Source: a bacterium (lineage in GTDB: Bacteria; Zhuqueibacterota; Zhuqueibacteria; Residuimicrobiales; Krinioviventaceae). From it: a DNA stretch of 64,000 bases. Numbering within the stretch: the first letter of the stretch is position 1; every line of letters begins with the position of its first letter. A program made the translations under genes and the position numbers. Under the pieces are notes generated by a model, which was not told the DNA's origin, did no database searches, and worked only from the letters and a program-made list of their open reading frames with translations. The stretch is taken from positions 1,568,001 through 1,632,000 of the forward strand of contig CAXXMD010000002.1 in NCBI GenBank assembly GCA_963675755.2. The letters run 5' to 3'. Positions 39,309 through 49,833 of the stretch are shown piece after piece.

Positions 39309-42300
39309 TTAATTACTATCACGAATCAAACGTATGGAATAACCATGTTCACTGATGTAACAGTCCCAATCGATGATCTTTTCATCATAGATCAATTGTC
39401 GCTGTATAAAACCATTGTGATATTTTCCATCATTCGGTTGGTCAGCCCAAAAGTATGCAGAGTTGTACAAATCTTCAAACTCGCCACTATGGATTTCACG
39501 CTGACCACCCGGCCGGGCTGAAAATCCATATTCGTTTGTGGCGCCGGTATTGGGTTCTCTCCAGAAACCGGTTCCCGCCTGGATGGTACCCATTTCCTTG
39601 AGCATGGCACCTTCATCAGTATCAGATCTACTGTAACTATCAACTTCTTCCTGGCTCATACCCAGATACAGTTCCAGCTCTTTCCACTCATCATCTGTGG
39701 GAACATGCCAACCTTCTGGTGCAATAGAGGGCCAATGATCTATAACATATCCATTATACAAGGCTCCAAACACCGTTGCATTACTTGAGTCATTGTCATA
39801 ATAACAGTATGCGCCAGTGTCCTTATTTTTCCAAACAGAATTTTGTGTAACATGTTGTATCGGAGAGCCATCACGATAGTGGGTCACTTTAAGATTTTCC
39901 GCCATCCACCATTGATTACCGATTTTAACAGTTTTATATACATTACCGTCAATATCTGTCATGGTACCGGTTTCAAAATCAAGCCCATCATTAACAATTG
40001 AAAAATAATCATCACTAAAATCATATAATCCGGTTACCACACCGGTAATTTTAATACGATAGTCCGGGCCAGAGACAAGATATACCGGTATTTTCCAGGT
40101 ATATTCACTATCATGGGTTGTACCCATGTCTTTTATCCGTTCAACAAACTCGTCACCTTTATATAAATCAATATAAATCCGTTCATCTATGGGATTGTTG
40201 TTCCATTTGATGATATATTCCACCCGGGTTTTCAAATATTCACCTCCATTGGGAAAAGTAACAATAGGAGGTATAGTGGTTTTATCATTATCCCGGATTA
40301 GACGAATTGTACATGAGCCTTTTTTAGAGCCTTGGGCTCTATAGATTCCTGATTCCAAAAAATGCAAACTCCGGAAAAAAACATAGTTTTCACGGACATC
40401 CGTATTAGACCAATATCGGACATACATACCCATTGCTCCAAAATCATTATTATACTGGGAAAGCCAACCACCAGCCCGTGCGGAAAACCCACTCTCATTC
40501 GTGGTGCCACTCGTAAAGTCAAGGGAGTATTTTCTCCAGTGGGCAGAACCGATTTCTTTCAGTTTATCACCTTCATCTGTGCCCCGTGATTCACCTGAAG
40601 TATCATCTCCTGAATCCGCTTCTTCCTGGCTCATACCTAAATACATCTCTAACGTTTTCCATTCATCATCTGTGGGTACATGCCAGCCTTCAGGTGCAAT
40701 ATTGCGCACATCCGTAGCAGCATACCCGTTATACAATGCACCATAGTCATCAGCATATTTTTTGTTGTTATCATAATAACAGAATGCTCCGGTTGCAAGG
40801 TTGAACCATTCCGTATTATCTGTCACGTTTGGTATTGGGTCACCGTTTCGATAATGTGTTACTCGCAGATCTTCCATCATCCACCATTGCTCACCGATCC
40901 TGATGGTCTTGTAAACATTACCGTCAATATCTGTTACTGTTCCGGTTTCAAAAATCGCATCATCATATTCAATCTCAAAGCATTCATCGCTCTCATCTGA
41001 CATGCTGGATTGTGTTCCGATTACATTGATTGTAAACTGGTTGGATGGTGAAAGCGTACTGGGAATATTCCAGGAAAATCCACCATCATTTTCTGTTTCA
41101 GCTATCCGAATTGAAAAAACTCCATTTTGATACAAATCCAGATATACCATCTCATCATATGAGTTAGGCTTCCATTGGATACTGATGGTATTTCCTGCAA
41201 TTATGCTTTCACCACCATTGGGATAAAGCAATGTAAAATCAGGATCCATTTCATCACTATCACTCACCAGACGGATATAAAAGCCATTTCCTTTGTTGTA
41301 GGAATCACGGAAAATTGAGCTATGGTCATTACCTACACTACGGGCCCATGCTTCATCATCACCATTTTGTGAAGATGTCCAAAAACATGTATTTGTATTT
41401 ATTGTTAGGAATTCTCCAGTAAGGTAATTACAGAAACCACCGGGCAATGCGCTGAACCCACTCTCATTAGTTGCGCCTGTATTGGGGCTGTTCCAATGAT
41501 CGGTACCCACTTCTTTCAACATACCGCCTTCAACCGTGCCCCTCGGTCCGATATTATCCAAATCACTCACACCCAGATATGACTCTAATTGTTTCCATTC
41601 ATCATCAGTGGGAACATGCCAGCCCTCAGGGAAAAAGGTTTGTACATCAACAAGCATATACCAGTTATACATGGCACCGTAAATTTCTACATTATTTTCG
41701 TCATCATCATAATAACAGCAAGCACCTTCAGACAGCTCAACCCAGGGATCATCATTATCCGTATATAGCCATGAAAATCCATATAGATTATGGGTTGTTT
41801 TCAGGTTTTCGGCCATCCACCACTGATTACCGATCTTGACAATTTTATAGGTATTTCCTACAATGTCAGTCATAGTACCGGTTTCATGCTCAAAATCAAC
41901 GGATACTGGGGTTTCTACAGTTAAACCATCAAATAATGCCTGAATTATAACGATACCCCCCTTATCATCACTTGCTGTGAAAAGCCCTTTACTATCAATA
42001 CTGCCGCTTGTACCGTACAGAACTTTCCAGGTTGTGTAATCGCTTATAACAACTTTACTGCCGTCACTATACCAGGCAGTACAATTCAATGACAGGGATT
42101 GACCTTTTTTTATTGTTTTATCCTGAGGTGTAATATTGATAGAGTCCAATTTTGTAAATGCTGTATCACCCTTAACACACCGGAATCCGCGATTATTGTA
42201 TCCGATCCATGCCTGATCACGGTTGCGGTTAGCCGTTTTTGCCTTGGCTTGAACATCGTCCCAAGCGCCGCCGCGCAATAAACGGGCTGTTTTATTTTCA

Positions 42301-43265
42301 TCATATGGGCCATATGGATTACTACCCGGTCCGGTATAGTAATAATCACGATCATACCTGTCAGCACACCACTCCAAAACATTACCGCTCATGTCATAGA
42401 GCCCCAGTTCATTGGCCTTTTTCATGCCAACAGCCTGTGTGCTGTCTGTATTGGTATTAAACCAGCCCACAGCATCCATATCATTGCCGCCGCTATAGGT
42501 ACAACCCTGACTCTCGCTGCCACCTCGGGCCGCGTATTCCCATTCTGCTTCGGTAGGCAGACGTTTGTTAAAATACCTGGCATAAGCATCGGCACCAAAC
42601 CAGGTGACATTTGTAACCGGATGTTCTTCTTTATTGTCTGTAACCGCAAACACACCATTGCTGTACTTGATATTGCAGTCAACATCAGAAAGATATAGCA
42701 GTGTTGTAGTATCCTGTTTGACAACATCCTCAGTGACCGTAATTGATCCATTAGCAAGAACAGCATTTAAAAAATCTGTATATTGCCCTTTGGTCACTTC
42801 ATATGGGTCCATGTAAAAATCATTCAAAGTAACCGTATGCACCGGCTCTTCATCATCTTCACCATCAGCACTCCCCATATCAAAAGTACCGCCCTGAACA
42901 AAAACCAATGCAGGTTCTTTGAAATTAATGGCAGCAACACGAACTCGGAAGCCGTCTCCGCTTACACCGGGATTATCAGCCAGAAAATCCCATACTATAT
43001 GCTTGCCTGTACCTGCCAGCACACTGTCTCCAACATCACCACTCACATGGGTTACAGGCAGTTCCCAGGTCGCTCCATCATCATCTGATGCTTTCAAAGT
43101 GATGGTGAACGTATCTCCATCAGCATCAGTTACGTCATAAAAAATGTCCGCTTTGAGCGAACCGTCCATGCGCTGTTCAATGCGTACATTCTCAACAACC
43201 GGATCTGCCGCAAACAGTAGCCCCATAATCATGATCAGAAACAGTATTACCAGATTCTTTTTCAT
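39309..43265 (-). CDS. Secreted FGE-like + Big_2 + 3x Fib_succ_major + 2 Ig-like (PNGGE) domain protein (paralog B)
   Basis: Same motifs as paralog A; start MKKNLVIL at 43265 aligns with the other paralogs. Confidence 0.88.
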   Translation of the reverse strand: MKKNLVILFLIMIMGLLFAADPVVENVRIEQRMDGSLKADIFYDVTDADGDTFTITLKASDDDGATWELPVTHVSGDVGDSVLAGTGKHIVWDFLADNPGVSGDGFRVRVAAINFKEPALVFVQGGTFDMGSADGEDDEEPVHTVTLNDFYMDPYEVTKGQYTDFLNAVLANGSITVTEDVVKQDTTTLLYLSDVDCNIKYSNGVFAVTDNKEEHPVTNVTWFGADAYARYFNKRLPTEAEWEYAARGGSESQGCTYSGGNDMDAVGWFNTNTDSTQAVGMKKANELGLYDMSGNVLEWCADRYDRDYYYTGPGSNPYGPYDENKTARLLRGGAWDDVQAKAKTANRNRDQAWIGYNNRGFRCVKGDTAFTKLDSINITPQDKTIKKGQSLSLNCTAWYSDGSKVVISDYTTWKVLYGTSGSIDSKGLFTASDDKGGIVIIQALFDGLTVETPVSVDFEHETGTMTDIVGNTYKIVKIGNQWWMAENLKTTHNLYGFSWLYTDNDDPWVELSEGACCYYDDDENNVEIYGAMYNWYMLVDVQTFFPEGWHVPTDDEWKQLESYLGVSDLDNIGPRGTVEGGMLKEVGTDHWNSPNTGATNESGFSALPGGFCNYLTGEFLTINTNTCFWTSSQNGDDEAWARSVGNDHSSIFRDSYNKGNGFYIRLVSDSDEMDPDFTLLYPNGGESIIAGNTISIQWKPNSYDEMVYLDLYQNGVFSIRIAETENDGGFSWNIPSTLSPSNQFTINVIGTQSSMSDESDECFEIEYDDAIFETGTVTDIDGNVYKTIRIGEQWWMMEDLRVTHYRNGDPIPNVTDNTEWFNLATGAFCYYDNNKKYADDYGALYNGYAATDVRNIAPEGWHVPTDDEWKTLEMYLGMSQEEADSGDDTSGESRGTDEGDKLKEIGSAHWRKYSLDFTSGTTNESGFSARAGGWLSQYNNDFGAMGMYVRYWSNTDVRENYVFFRSLHFLESGIYRAQGSKKGSCTIRLIRDNDKTTIPPIVTFPNGGEYLKTRVEYIIKWNNNPIDERIYIDLYKGDEFVERIKDMGTTHDSEYTWKIPVYLVSGPDYRIKITGVVTGLYDFSDDYFSIVNDGLDFETGTMTDIDGNVYKTVKIGNQWWMAENLKVTHYRDGSPIQHVTQNSVWKNKDTGAYCYYDNDSSNATVFGALYNGYVIDHWPSIAPEGWHVPTDDEWKELELYLGMSQEEVDSYSRSDTDEGAMLKEMGTIQAGTGFWREPNTGATNEYGFSARPGGQREIHSGEFEDLYNSAYFWADQPNDGKYHNGFIQRQLIYDEKIIDWDCYISEHGYSIRLIRDSN

Positions 43266-43289
43266 CTCTACCTTTTTCATTCAGGTAAA

Positions 43290-43440
43290 TTACCGTCCAT
43301 TGGTTTTAACAGCATTATTTTTCGGTCGAATATAAAATCACAAAATTCAAACCGGAACATGTACATACCGCTGATTACCTGTTAACTTTTTGTTACGCGT
43401 GTCCCACTTGGTTGTATCAGGACCGGTTAGAGACCGGCCC
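43290..43440 (-). pseudogene. Decayed copy of the 3' end of the FN3-CTD gene
   Basis: Aligns by eye with ~49820-49975, e.g. GTACATACCGCTGATTACC vs GTACATACCGCTGGTTACC. Confidence 0.65.
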
Positions 43441-43484
43441 CGATTAATTCAATTAAAAACAAAATTGCAAAATATGTTAATTTT

Positions 43485-46370
43485 TTAATCCTTGATACAA
43501 CGAATAGACGAGCTCTTGGCAGTGGATGTGTGTGAAACAATCGAGTTGTCATAATTTAAAATCCGTACCCATGCATAATGAATAGGTGACGAGACCTCGG
43601 TAGATGACCAATAATAAGCATATCGAGTCATATCTCCGAAAAATCCAGCCGCATAACGGGCGCCACCGGCTAGTGCCGAAAAACCACTTTCGTTTGATGC
43701 TCCGGTGTTTGGGCTTTTCCAATACCCGTTTCCTTCTTCTTTCATTTTACCTCCGGCAACATTTTCACCACCAAGGTAATTGATCAAAGTATTCCACTCT
43801 TCATCTGTTGGCACATGCCAGCCTTCCGGAGCAATTTTACGTTCATCGCTAACCGCATACCAGTTATACAATGCGCCAAACATACCGGCATAATTGCTGT
43901 TATCATTATAAAAACAATATGCACCCTCTGTTGTCGTAATCCATGCGTCGTCTCCAATCACATTGGGAATAGGATCACCATTTCTATAATGCTTTACATT
44001 CAGATTATCTGCCATCCACCATTGATCACCTATCTTGACAGTTCTGTATGAATTGCCATCAATATCTGTAAGGGATCCAGTTTCAAAATTTAACCCATTA
44101 TTGACGATTGTAAAAAAACCATCGCTAAAATCAGACAATCCGGTTTCTTTACCTGTAATTTTGATTCGATAGTCACTGCCTGTTACCAAATCTGTTGAAA
44201 CAATCCATGTAAAATCACCATCATTGCTGGTACCTGTATCTTTTAATCGCTCAACTAATGCATTGCCTTTATACAAGTCAACATATACCCTATCATCATT
44301 TGAACTATTTTCCCATCTTATAATAAGTTTATCCCAAGCCTCCAAAGTTTCACCACCGTTGGGGAAATACACAAGCGGCAATGTTCCAACATCACGATCT
44401 TTGACAAGGCGGAGAGAAAAACCATTTTGTTTATGACTTTCAAGCATATCGCTGGCAGTGCTTTCATAATTCAAATTCCGACGTAGTCCCTTGAAACTAT
44501 TATACTCTGAAGAAGTCCAAAAATAAGCATAACTGCCCAGTTTCATAAAAGCTGCTTCCAACTTGGCACAATATCCACCTGGAAGTGCAGTAAACCCGCT
44601 CTCATTGGTAGCACCGGTATTCGGGCTACTCCAAAAACTGGCACCTTCTGATTTTAATTTTCCACCTGCAACGCCTCTACCACCCAGATAATTTTCAAGC
44701 TCGCTCCATTCCGCACTTGTTGGCACATGCCAACCTTCAGGTGCAATCTTGCGGCCATCTGTAACAGCAAACCAGTTATATAAAGCACCATAGACTTGTC
44801 CATTATTACTGTTATTGTTATAATAACAATAAGCACCGGTTAATAAATTTGCCCATACATTCAGGTCCATTTCATTAGCAATGGGATCCCCATTACGATA
44901 ATGCTTAACATTAAGGTTTTCAGCCATCCACCACTGATCACCTATCTTGATAGTTTTATAAGTATTGCCATCATTATCAACCATGTTTCCATATATATTG
45001 CTAACTGTCACAGTCGCTTCTGCTGTAATTCCATTGTATTCAGCTTGAACGGTAACATTGCCGGAAGCTTGTTGAGAAGCTGTGAATAAACCATCATTAT
45101 TAATTTCTACTGCATCTCCCGACACAATTGACCAATTGGCATTGACTGTTACATCTTTTTCACTATCATCACTATATTGTGCCATACAAGTAAAATAAAA
45201 TGAACTTCCATTTGCAACAGTGGTATTATGGGGAGTTATGAAAATACTTTCTACTATTGTGAAATTGGTATCACCTATTACACATCGGAATCCACGATTA
45301 TTATATCCAATCCATGCCTGATCACGATTACGGTTTGCGGGTTTAGCCTTGACTTGGGCATCGTTCCAGGCACCGCCGCGTAACACATGAGCAGTGACAT
45401 CATTAAGAGGGCCCTGTGGATTATTATCGGGACTTGCTCCATAATAATTACGATCATATTTGTCCACGCACCATTCCCAAACATTACCACTCATATCGTA
45501 AATACCCGCTTCATTGGCTTGTTTCTGTCCGACTGCTTGAACACTGTTATTGGAGTTTGCTCTGTACCAGCCAACATCATCCATCTCATTGCTGCCGCTA
45601 TAGATATAACCCTGACTCTGACTGCCGCCTCGGGCCGCATATTCCCATTCTGCTTCAGTGGGTAACCGTTTTGCATAGTATTTGGCATAGGCATCAGCGC
45701 CAAACCAGGTAACATTGGTTACCGGATGCCCTTCTTTATTATCTGTAACCGCAAACGCGCTATTTTCGTATGAAATCTTGCAGTCTTTATCAGAAAGATC
45801 CAACAACGTGGTGGTATCCTGTTTTACTGTATTTTCAGATACTGAAACCAGACCTTGTGCAAGCATGGCATTTAAAAACTCTGCATATTGTGCTTTGGTC
45901 ACTTCATAAGGATCTATGTAAAAATCACTTAATGTAACGGTATGAACAGGACTTTCATCATCATCGCCGTCAATACTTCCCATATCAAAGGTGCCACCTT
46001 TTATGAAAACCATCCTGGGCTCTTTGTAATCACTGGCTGCAACACGAATCCGGTAACCCTCACCACTAACGTCAGGATTATCAGCTAAAAAATTCCAGAT
46101 GATATGTTTATTTGTTCCCGGTACAACATTGCCACCAATGTCTCCACTGACATGACTCACCGGCAGTTCCCAGGTTACTCCATCATCATCAGATGCTTTT
46201 ACTGTGACGGTTAACGTATCTCCATCAGCATCAGTAACATCATAATAAATGTCCGCTTTGAGCGAACCGTCCGTACGCTGTTCTAAACGCACATTTTCAA
46301 CCACAGGATCAGCCGCGTACAGTAGCCCCATGATCATGAGTATAAACAGTATTATCAGATTTTTTTTCAT
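43485..46370 (-). CDS. Secreted FGE-like + Big_2 + 2x Fib_succ_major + Ig-like domain protein (paralog C)
   Basis: Same motifs as paralogs A and B; start at 46370. Confidence 0.88.
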   Translation of the reverse strand: MKKNLIILFILMIMGLLYAADPVVENVRLEQRTDGSLKADIYYDVTDADGDTLTVTVKASDDDGVTWELPVSHVSGDIGGNVVPGTNKHIIWNFLADNPDVSGEGYRIRVAASDYKEPRMVFIKGGTFDMGSIDGDDDESPVHTVTLSDFYIDPYEVTKAQYAEFLNAMLAQGLVSVSENTVKQDTTTLLDLSDKDCKISYENSAFAVTDNKEGHPVTNVTWFGADAYAKYYAKRLPTEAEWEYAARGGSQSQGYIYSGSNEMDDVGWYRANSNNSVQAVGQKQANEAGIYDMSGNVWEWCVDKYDRNYYGASPDNNPQGPLNDVTAHVLRGGAWNDAQVKAKPANRNRDQAWIGYNNRGFRCVIGDTNFTIVESIFITPHNTTVANGSSFYFTCMAQYSDDSEKDVTVNANWSIVSGDAVEINNDGLFTASQQASGNVTVQAEYNGITAEATVTVSNIYGNMVDNDGNTYKTIKIGDQWWMAENLNVKHYRNGDPIANEMDLNVWANLLTGAYCYYNNNSNNGQVYGALYNWFAVTDGRKIAPEGWHVPTSAEWSELENYLGGRGVAGGKLKSEGASFWSSPNTGATNESGFTALPGGYCAKLEAAFMKLGSYAYFWTSSEYNSFKGLRRNLNYESTASDMLESHKQNGFSLRLVKDRDVGTLPLVYFPNGGETLEAWDKLIIRWENSSNDDRVYVDLYKGNALVERLKDTGTSNDGDFTWIVSTDLVTGSDYRIKITGKETGLSDFSDGFFTIVNNGLNFETGSLTDIDGNSYRTVKIGDQWWMADNLNVKHYRNGDPIPNVIGDDAWITTTEGAYCFYNDNSNYAGMFGALYNWYAVSDERKIAPEGWHVPTDEEWNTLINYLGGENVAGGKMKEEGNGYWKSPNTGASNESGFSALAGGARYAAGFFGDMTRYAYYWSSTEVSSPIHYAWVRILNYDNSIVSHTSTAKSSSIRCIKD

Positions 46371-46394
46371 TTCCACCTTTTTTCATTCAGGTCA

Positions 46395-46550
46395 ATTGCT
46401 GACTGTTAGTTTAAACAGCATCATTTTTCAGTCGAATATTAAACTACAAGGTTCAAACTGGTACATGTATATACTACTGATTACCAGCTAATCAAATTGG
46501 TCACATACGTCTCATTAAATTGTATAGGGACCGGTTTGAGACCAATCCCT
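46395..46550 (-). pseudogene. Decayed copy of the 3' end of the FN3-CTD gene
   Basis: In the CTD frame it reads GPYTI**DVCDQFD*LVISSIYMYQFE...*KMMLFK, compared with GRYTIQWDARDNQGMPVTSGMYLCRFE...QKMMLLK. Confidence 0.7.
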
Positions 46551-46595
46551 ATTAATTCAATTAATTACCAAATAGTTCAAATATACTTGTTGCTA

Positions 46596-49500
46596 TCAAT
46601 CCATAACACAACGGATTGAAAACCCATATAAATTGCTGTAAAAGTCAAGCACAACTCTTTCTTGATCATAAGGTATATTGCGGCCCCAGGAAGAGTTGTT
46701 CTCCGATACAGACCAAAAGTATGCATAACTACTTATGCTATAAAATATTCCGCTATTTGGATGACGGAAGCCGCCAGGACGTGCGCCAAAGCCACTTTCA
46801 TTAGTAGCACCGGTATTGGGAGTTTTCCAAAGATCAAACCCAACTTCTTTAAGTTTACCTCCGGCAACTGAGGAACCACCCAAATATGCTTCCATGATTT
46901 TCCAATCTTCATCGGATGCAACGTGCCAGCCTTCAGGTGCCAATCCCCTGGCATCAGTTTCAGCATACCAGTTATATAAAGCACCATAATCATTGGCCAT
47001 GTTACTATCATTATTATAATAACAGTATCCACCACCAGATAGATGGCTCCACTCTGCATTATCGGTTACATAGGGAATAGCATCACCATTCCTATAATGT
47101 GTCACATTCAAATTTTCAGCCATCCACCATTGATCACCAATCTTTATTGTTTGATATACATTGCCGTCAATATCGGTGACAGTTCCTGTTTCAAAATTAT
47201 TTCCATCATTAATAATTGTAAAATAATCATCACTAAAATCAAAGGTACCTGTCTCCCGGCCTGTTATTTTTATTCTATAGTCACTGCCTGTCAAAAGATC
47301 AGATGAAATTGCCCAATTAAAATCACTATCGTTCGTTGTACCTGTTTCTTTTAATCGTTGTATAAATTCGGTCCCTTTATACAAATCAATATCTAATCTT
47401 TCATCAGAAACATTACTATTCCAGCGAATAATTATCACTTCCTGTGCTTTAAAGCTCTCACCTCCATTGGGATATGTAATAGTGATAAATTGTTGATTTA
47501 CATTTATTTGTCGTAATGCTAACGATGTCAATCCACTATTATTTTTAACTTCCATTCGAATGGTTTTATTACCCTCTGAATTATATGCATGAGATTCTGT
47601 TTTAGATCTGGAGAAATCAGTATCCCAGGTTCCATCATTTTCCCAATCCCATCGAACTTGCAGCTCTGACGATGGGTCATTACTATCTTTACAACCGGTA
47701 GCATCAAAATTAAAAATTGTACCAGTAGGTCCAGAGGTGGGAGTTACTGTAAATGATGCTACTGGAGTTGCCTGGGTAATGTTATCATCACGGATCAGAC
47801 GAATTGCAAAACCATAGTTTTTACGAAAATAGTTACGATAGATCCTGCTTTCTTCAGCTCCCAGTCCACGGTACCAGGGAGTATTACCATCCCAATTTGA
47901 AGAAGACCAAAAGTAGCCACTTTTCCCCTTACTACGGAATTCTCCTGAAGTATCATATCTGTAACCACCAGGTAATGCTGAAAAACCACTTTCATTGGTA
48001 GCACCAGTATTGGGGCTTTGCCAATGATTAGTCCCAGATTCTTTTAATTTGCCGCCTTCATCTGTTCCGCGCCATTCTTTATCATTCAGTTTATATTGGT
48101 CCATTCCCAAGTATTTTTCTAGTTTTTTCCAGTCTTCATCAGAAGGCACATGCCAACCTGCAGGTGCAATATTACGGTTGTCAACAAGTACGTACCAATT
48201 GTACAAGGCACCATATGAATCATAAATATCATTATTATAATAACAGTATGCACCCTGGTTTGCATAGTACCAATCAGCATTTTTAGTCAGATTTAATATT
48301 GGATCACCATTTCGATAATGTGTCACATTGAGGTTTTCTGCCATCCACCATTGATCACCTATTTTAATAGTAGTGTATACATTACCATCAATATCAGTCA
48401 AAGTACCGGTTTCAAACCTGGATTCAACTGTAACTCTTGTTTCTGCAGATAAACCATTAAACTCTGCCTGAACAGTTACTGTACCTGTTTCATTATCTGC
48501 TGCTGTAAAAAGGCCATCATTATTAATACTTCCACATGTTCCACTAATTATTGACCATGTTGCTGAACGGCTTGCATCAGCACTACTGCCATCACTGTAT
48601 TGCGCAATACATTTCATATTTAATAATTCACGATTTGCTACAGTGGAATTTTGAGGTGTGATCGTAATAGAATTTAAAGCGGTAAAGTTTGTATCTCCCA
48701 TTACACATCTAAATCCACGATTTTTATATCCAATCCATGCCTGATCACGGTTCCGGTTTGCGGGTTTGGCCTTGACTTGTGCATCATCCCACGCTCCACC
48801 GCGTAATATACGGCTGGTATTGTTTGAATTACCAGCTCCGAAAGGATCATTATCCGGACTTGCTTCATAATAATTCCGATCATACTTGTCCGCGCACCAC
48901 TCCCACACGTTACCACTCATATCATATAGGCCGACTTCATTGGCCTGTTTTTGCCCAACTGCCTGTAGACTGTTGTCAGAGTTTGCTCTGAACCAGCCAA
49001 CATCATTCATTTCATTACCGCCGCTATAGGTATAACCCTGACTCTGGCTGCCGCCTCGGGCCGCATATTCCCATTCAGCTTCAGTGGGTAAACGTTTTGC
49101 ATAATATTTTGCATAGGCATCTGCACCAAACCAGGTGACACTGGTTACCGGATGTTCTTCTTTATTATCTGTAACCGTAAAAACACCATCTGCATACTCG
49201 ATCTTGCAGTCTTCGTCAGAGAGATCCAGCAGTGTGGTTGTATCCTGTTTCACTGAATTTCCGGATACTGTTACCAGACCCTGCGCAAGCGTGGCATTCA
49301 AAAACTCTGCATATTGCACCTTGGTCACTTCATAAGGATCCATGTAAAAATCACTCAATGTTACAGTATGTACAGGACTTTCATCACCATCACCGTCACT
49401 GCTGCCCATATCAAAGGTACCACCTTCAATAAAAACCATCCTGGGCTCTTTATAATCGCTGGCTGTAACGCGAATCCGATAACCCTCTCCACTTACATCA

Positions 49501-49796
49501 GGATAATCAGCCAGAAAATCCCATACAATGTGCTTGTCTGCACCTGTCAATACACTATCTCCTACATCACCACTGACATGGTTCAAAGCAAGATCCCAGG
49601 TTGCACCATCATCGTCTGATGCTTTCAAGGTAATGGTTAACGTATCTCCATCAGCATCAGTAACATCATAATAAATGTCCGCTTTAAGCGAACCGTCCGT
49701 TCGCTGTTCTAAACGCACATTTTCAACCACAGGATCTTCTGCGTATAGCAGCCCCATAATCATGATTATAAACAGTATTGCTAAATTCTTTTTCAT
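46596..49796 (-). CDS. Secreted FGE-like + Big_2 + 2x Fib_succ_major + PKD + Ig-like domain protein (paralog D)
   Basis: Same motifs as the other paralogs plus PKD motif PVASFTVTP...VRWDWENDGTWDT. Confidence 0.88.
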   Translation of the reverse strand: MKKNLAILFIIMIMGLLYAEDPVVENVRLEQRTDGSLKADIYYDVTDADGDTLTITLKASDDDGATWDLALNHVSGDVGDSVLTGADKHIVWDFLADYPDVSGEGYRIRVTASDYKEPRMVFIEGGTFDMGSSDGDGDESPVHTVTLSDFYMDPYEVTKVQYAEFLNATLAQGLVTVSGNSVKQDTTTLLDLSDEDCKIEYADGVFTVTDNKEEHPVTSVTWFGADAYAKYYAKRLPTEAEWEYAARGGSQSQGYTYSGGNEMNDVGWFRANSDNSLQAVGQKQANEVGLYDMSGNVWEWCADKYDRNYYEASPDNDPFGAGNSNNTSRILRGGAWDDAQVKAKPANRNRDQAWIGYKNRGFRCVMGDTNFTALNSITITPQNSTVANRELLNMKCIAQYSDGSSADASRSATWSIISGTCGSINNDGLFTAADNETGTVTVQAEFNGLSAETRVTVESRFETGTLTDIDGNVYTTIKIGDQWWMAENLNVTHYRNGDPILNLTKNADWYYANQGAYCYYNNDIYDSYGALYNWYVLVDNRNIAPAGWHVPSDEDWKKLEKYLGMDQYKLNDKEWRGTDEGGKLKESGTNHWQSPNTGATNESGFSALPGGYRYDTSGEFRSKGKSGYFWSSSNWDGNTPWYRGLGAEESRIYRNYFRKNYGFAIRLIRDDNITQATPVASFTVTPTSGPTGTIFNFDATGCKDSNDPSSELQVRWDWENDGTWDTDFSRSKTESHAYNSEGNKTIRMEVKNNSGLTSLALRQINVNQQFITITYPNGGESFKAQEVIIIRWNSNVSDERLDIDLYKGTEFIQRLKETGTTNDSDFNWAISSDLLTGSDYRIKITGRETGTFDFSDDYFTIINDGNNFETGTVTDIDGNVYQTIKIGDQWWMAENLNVTHYRNGDAIPYVTDNAEWSHLSGGGYCYYNNDSNMANDYGALYNWYAETDARGLAPEGWHVASDEDWKIMEAYLGGSSVAGGKLKEVGFDLWKTPNTGATNESGFGARPGGFRHPNSGIFYSISSYAYFWSVSENNSSWGRNIPYDQERVVLDFYSNLYGFSIRCVMD

Positions 49797-49833
49797 TTCT
49801 GCCCCTTTATTATTCAGGTCTATTAACGACTAC

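Noticed and set aside
36219-49796. Diversity-generating retroelement acting on the FGE/Fib_succ_major domains
   Set aside because: There is no reverse transcriptase, Avd or template repeat in the window. In the FGE ends and spacers I compared by eye, differences involve all four bases and many are synonymous, not adenine-specific. A remote DGR cannot be excluded.
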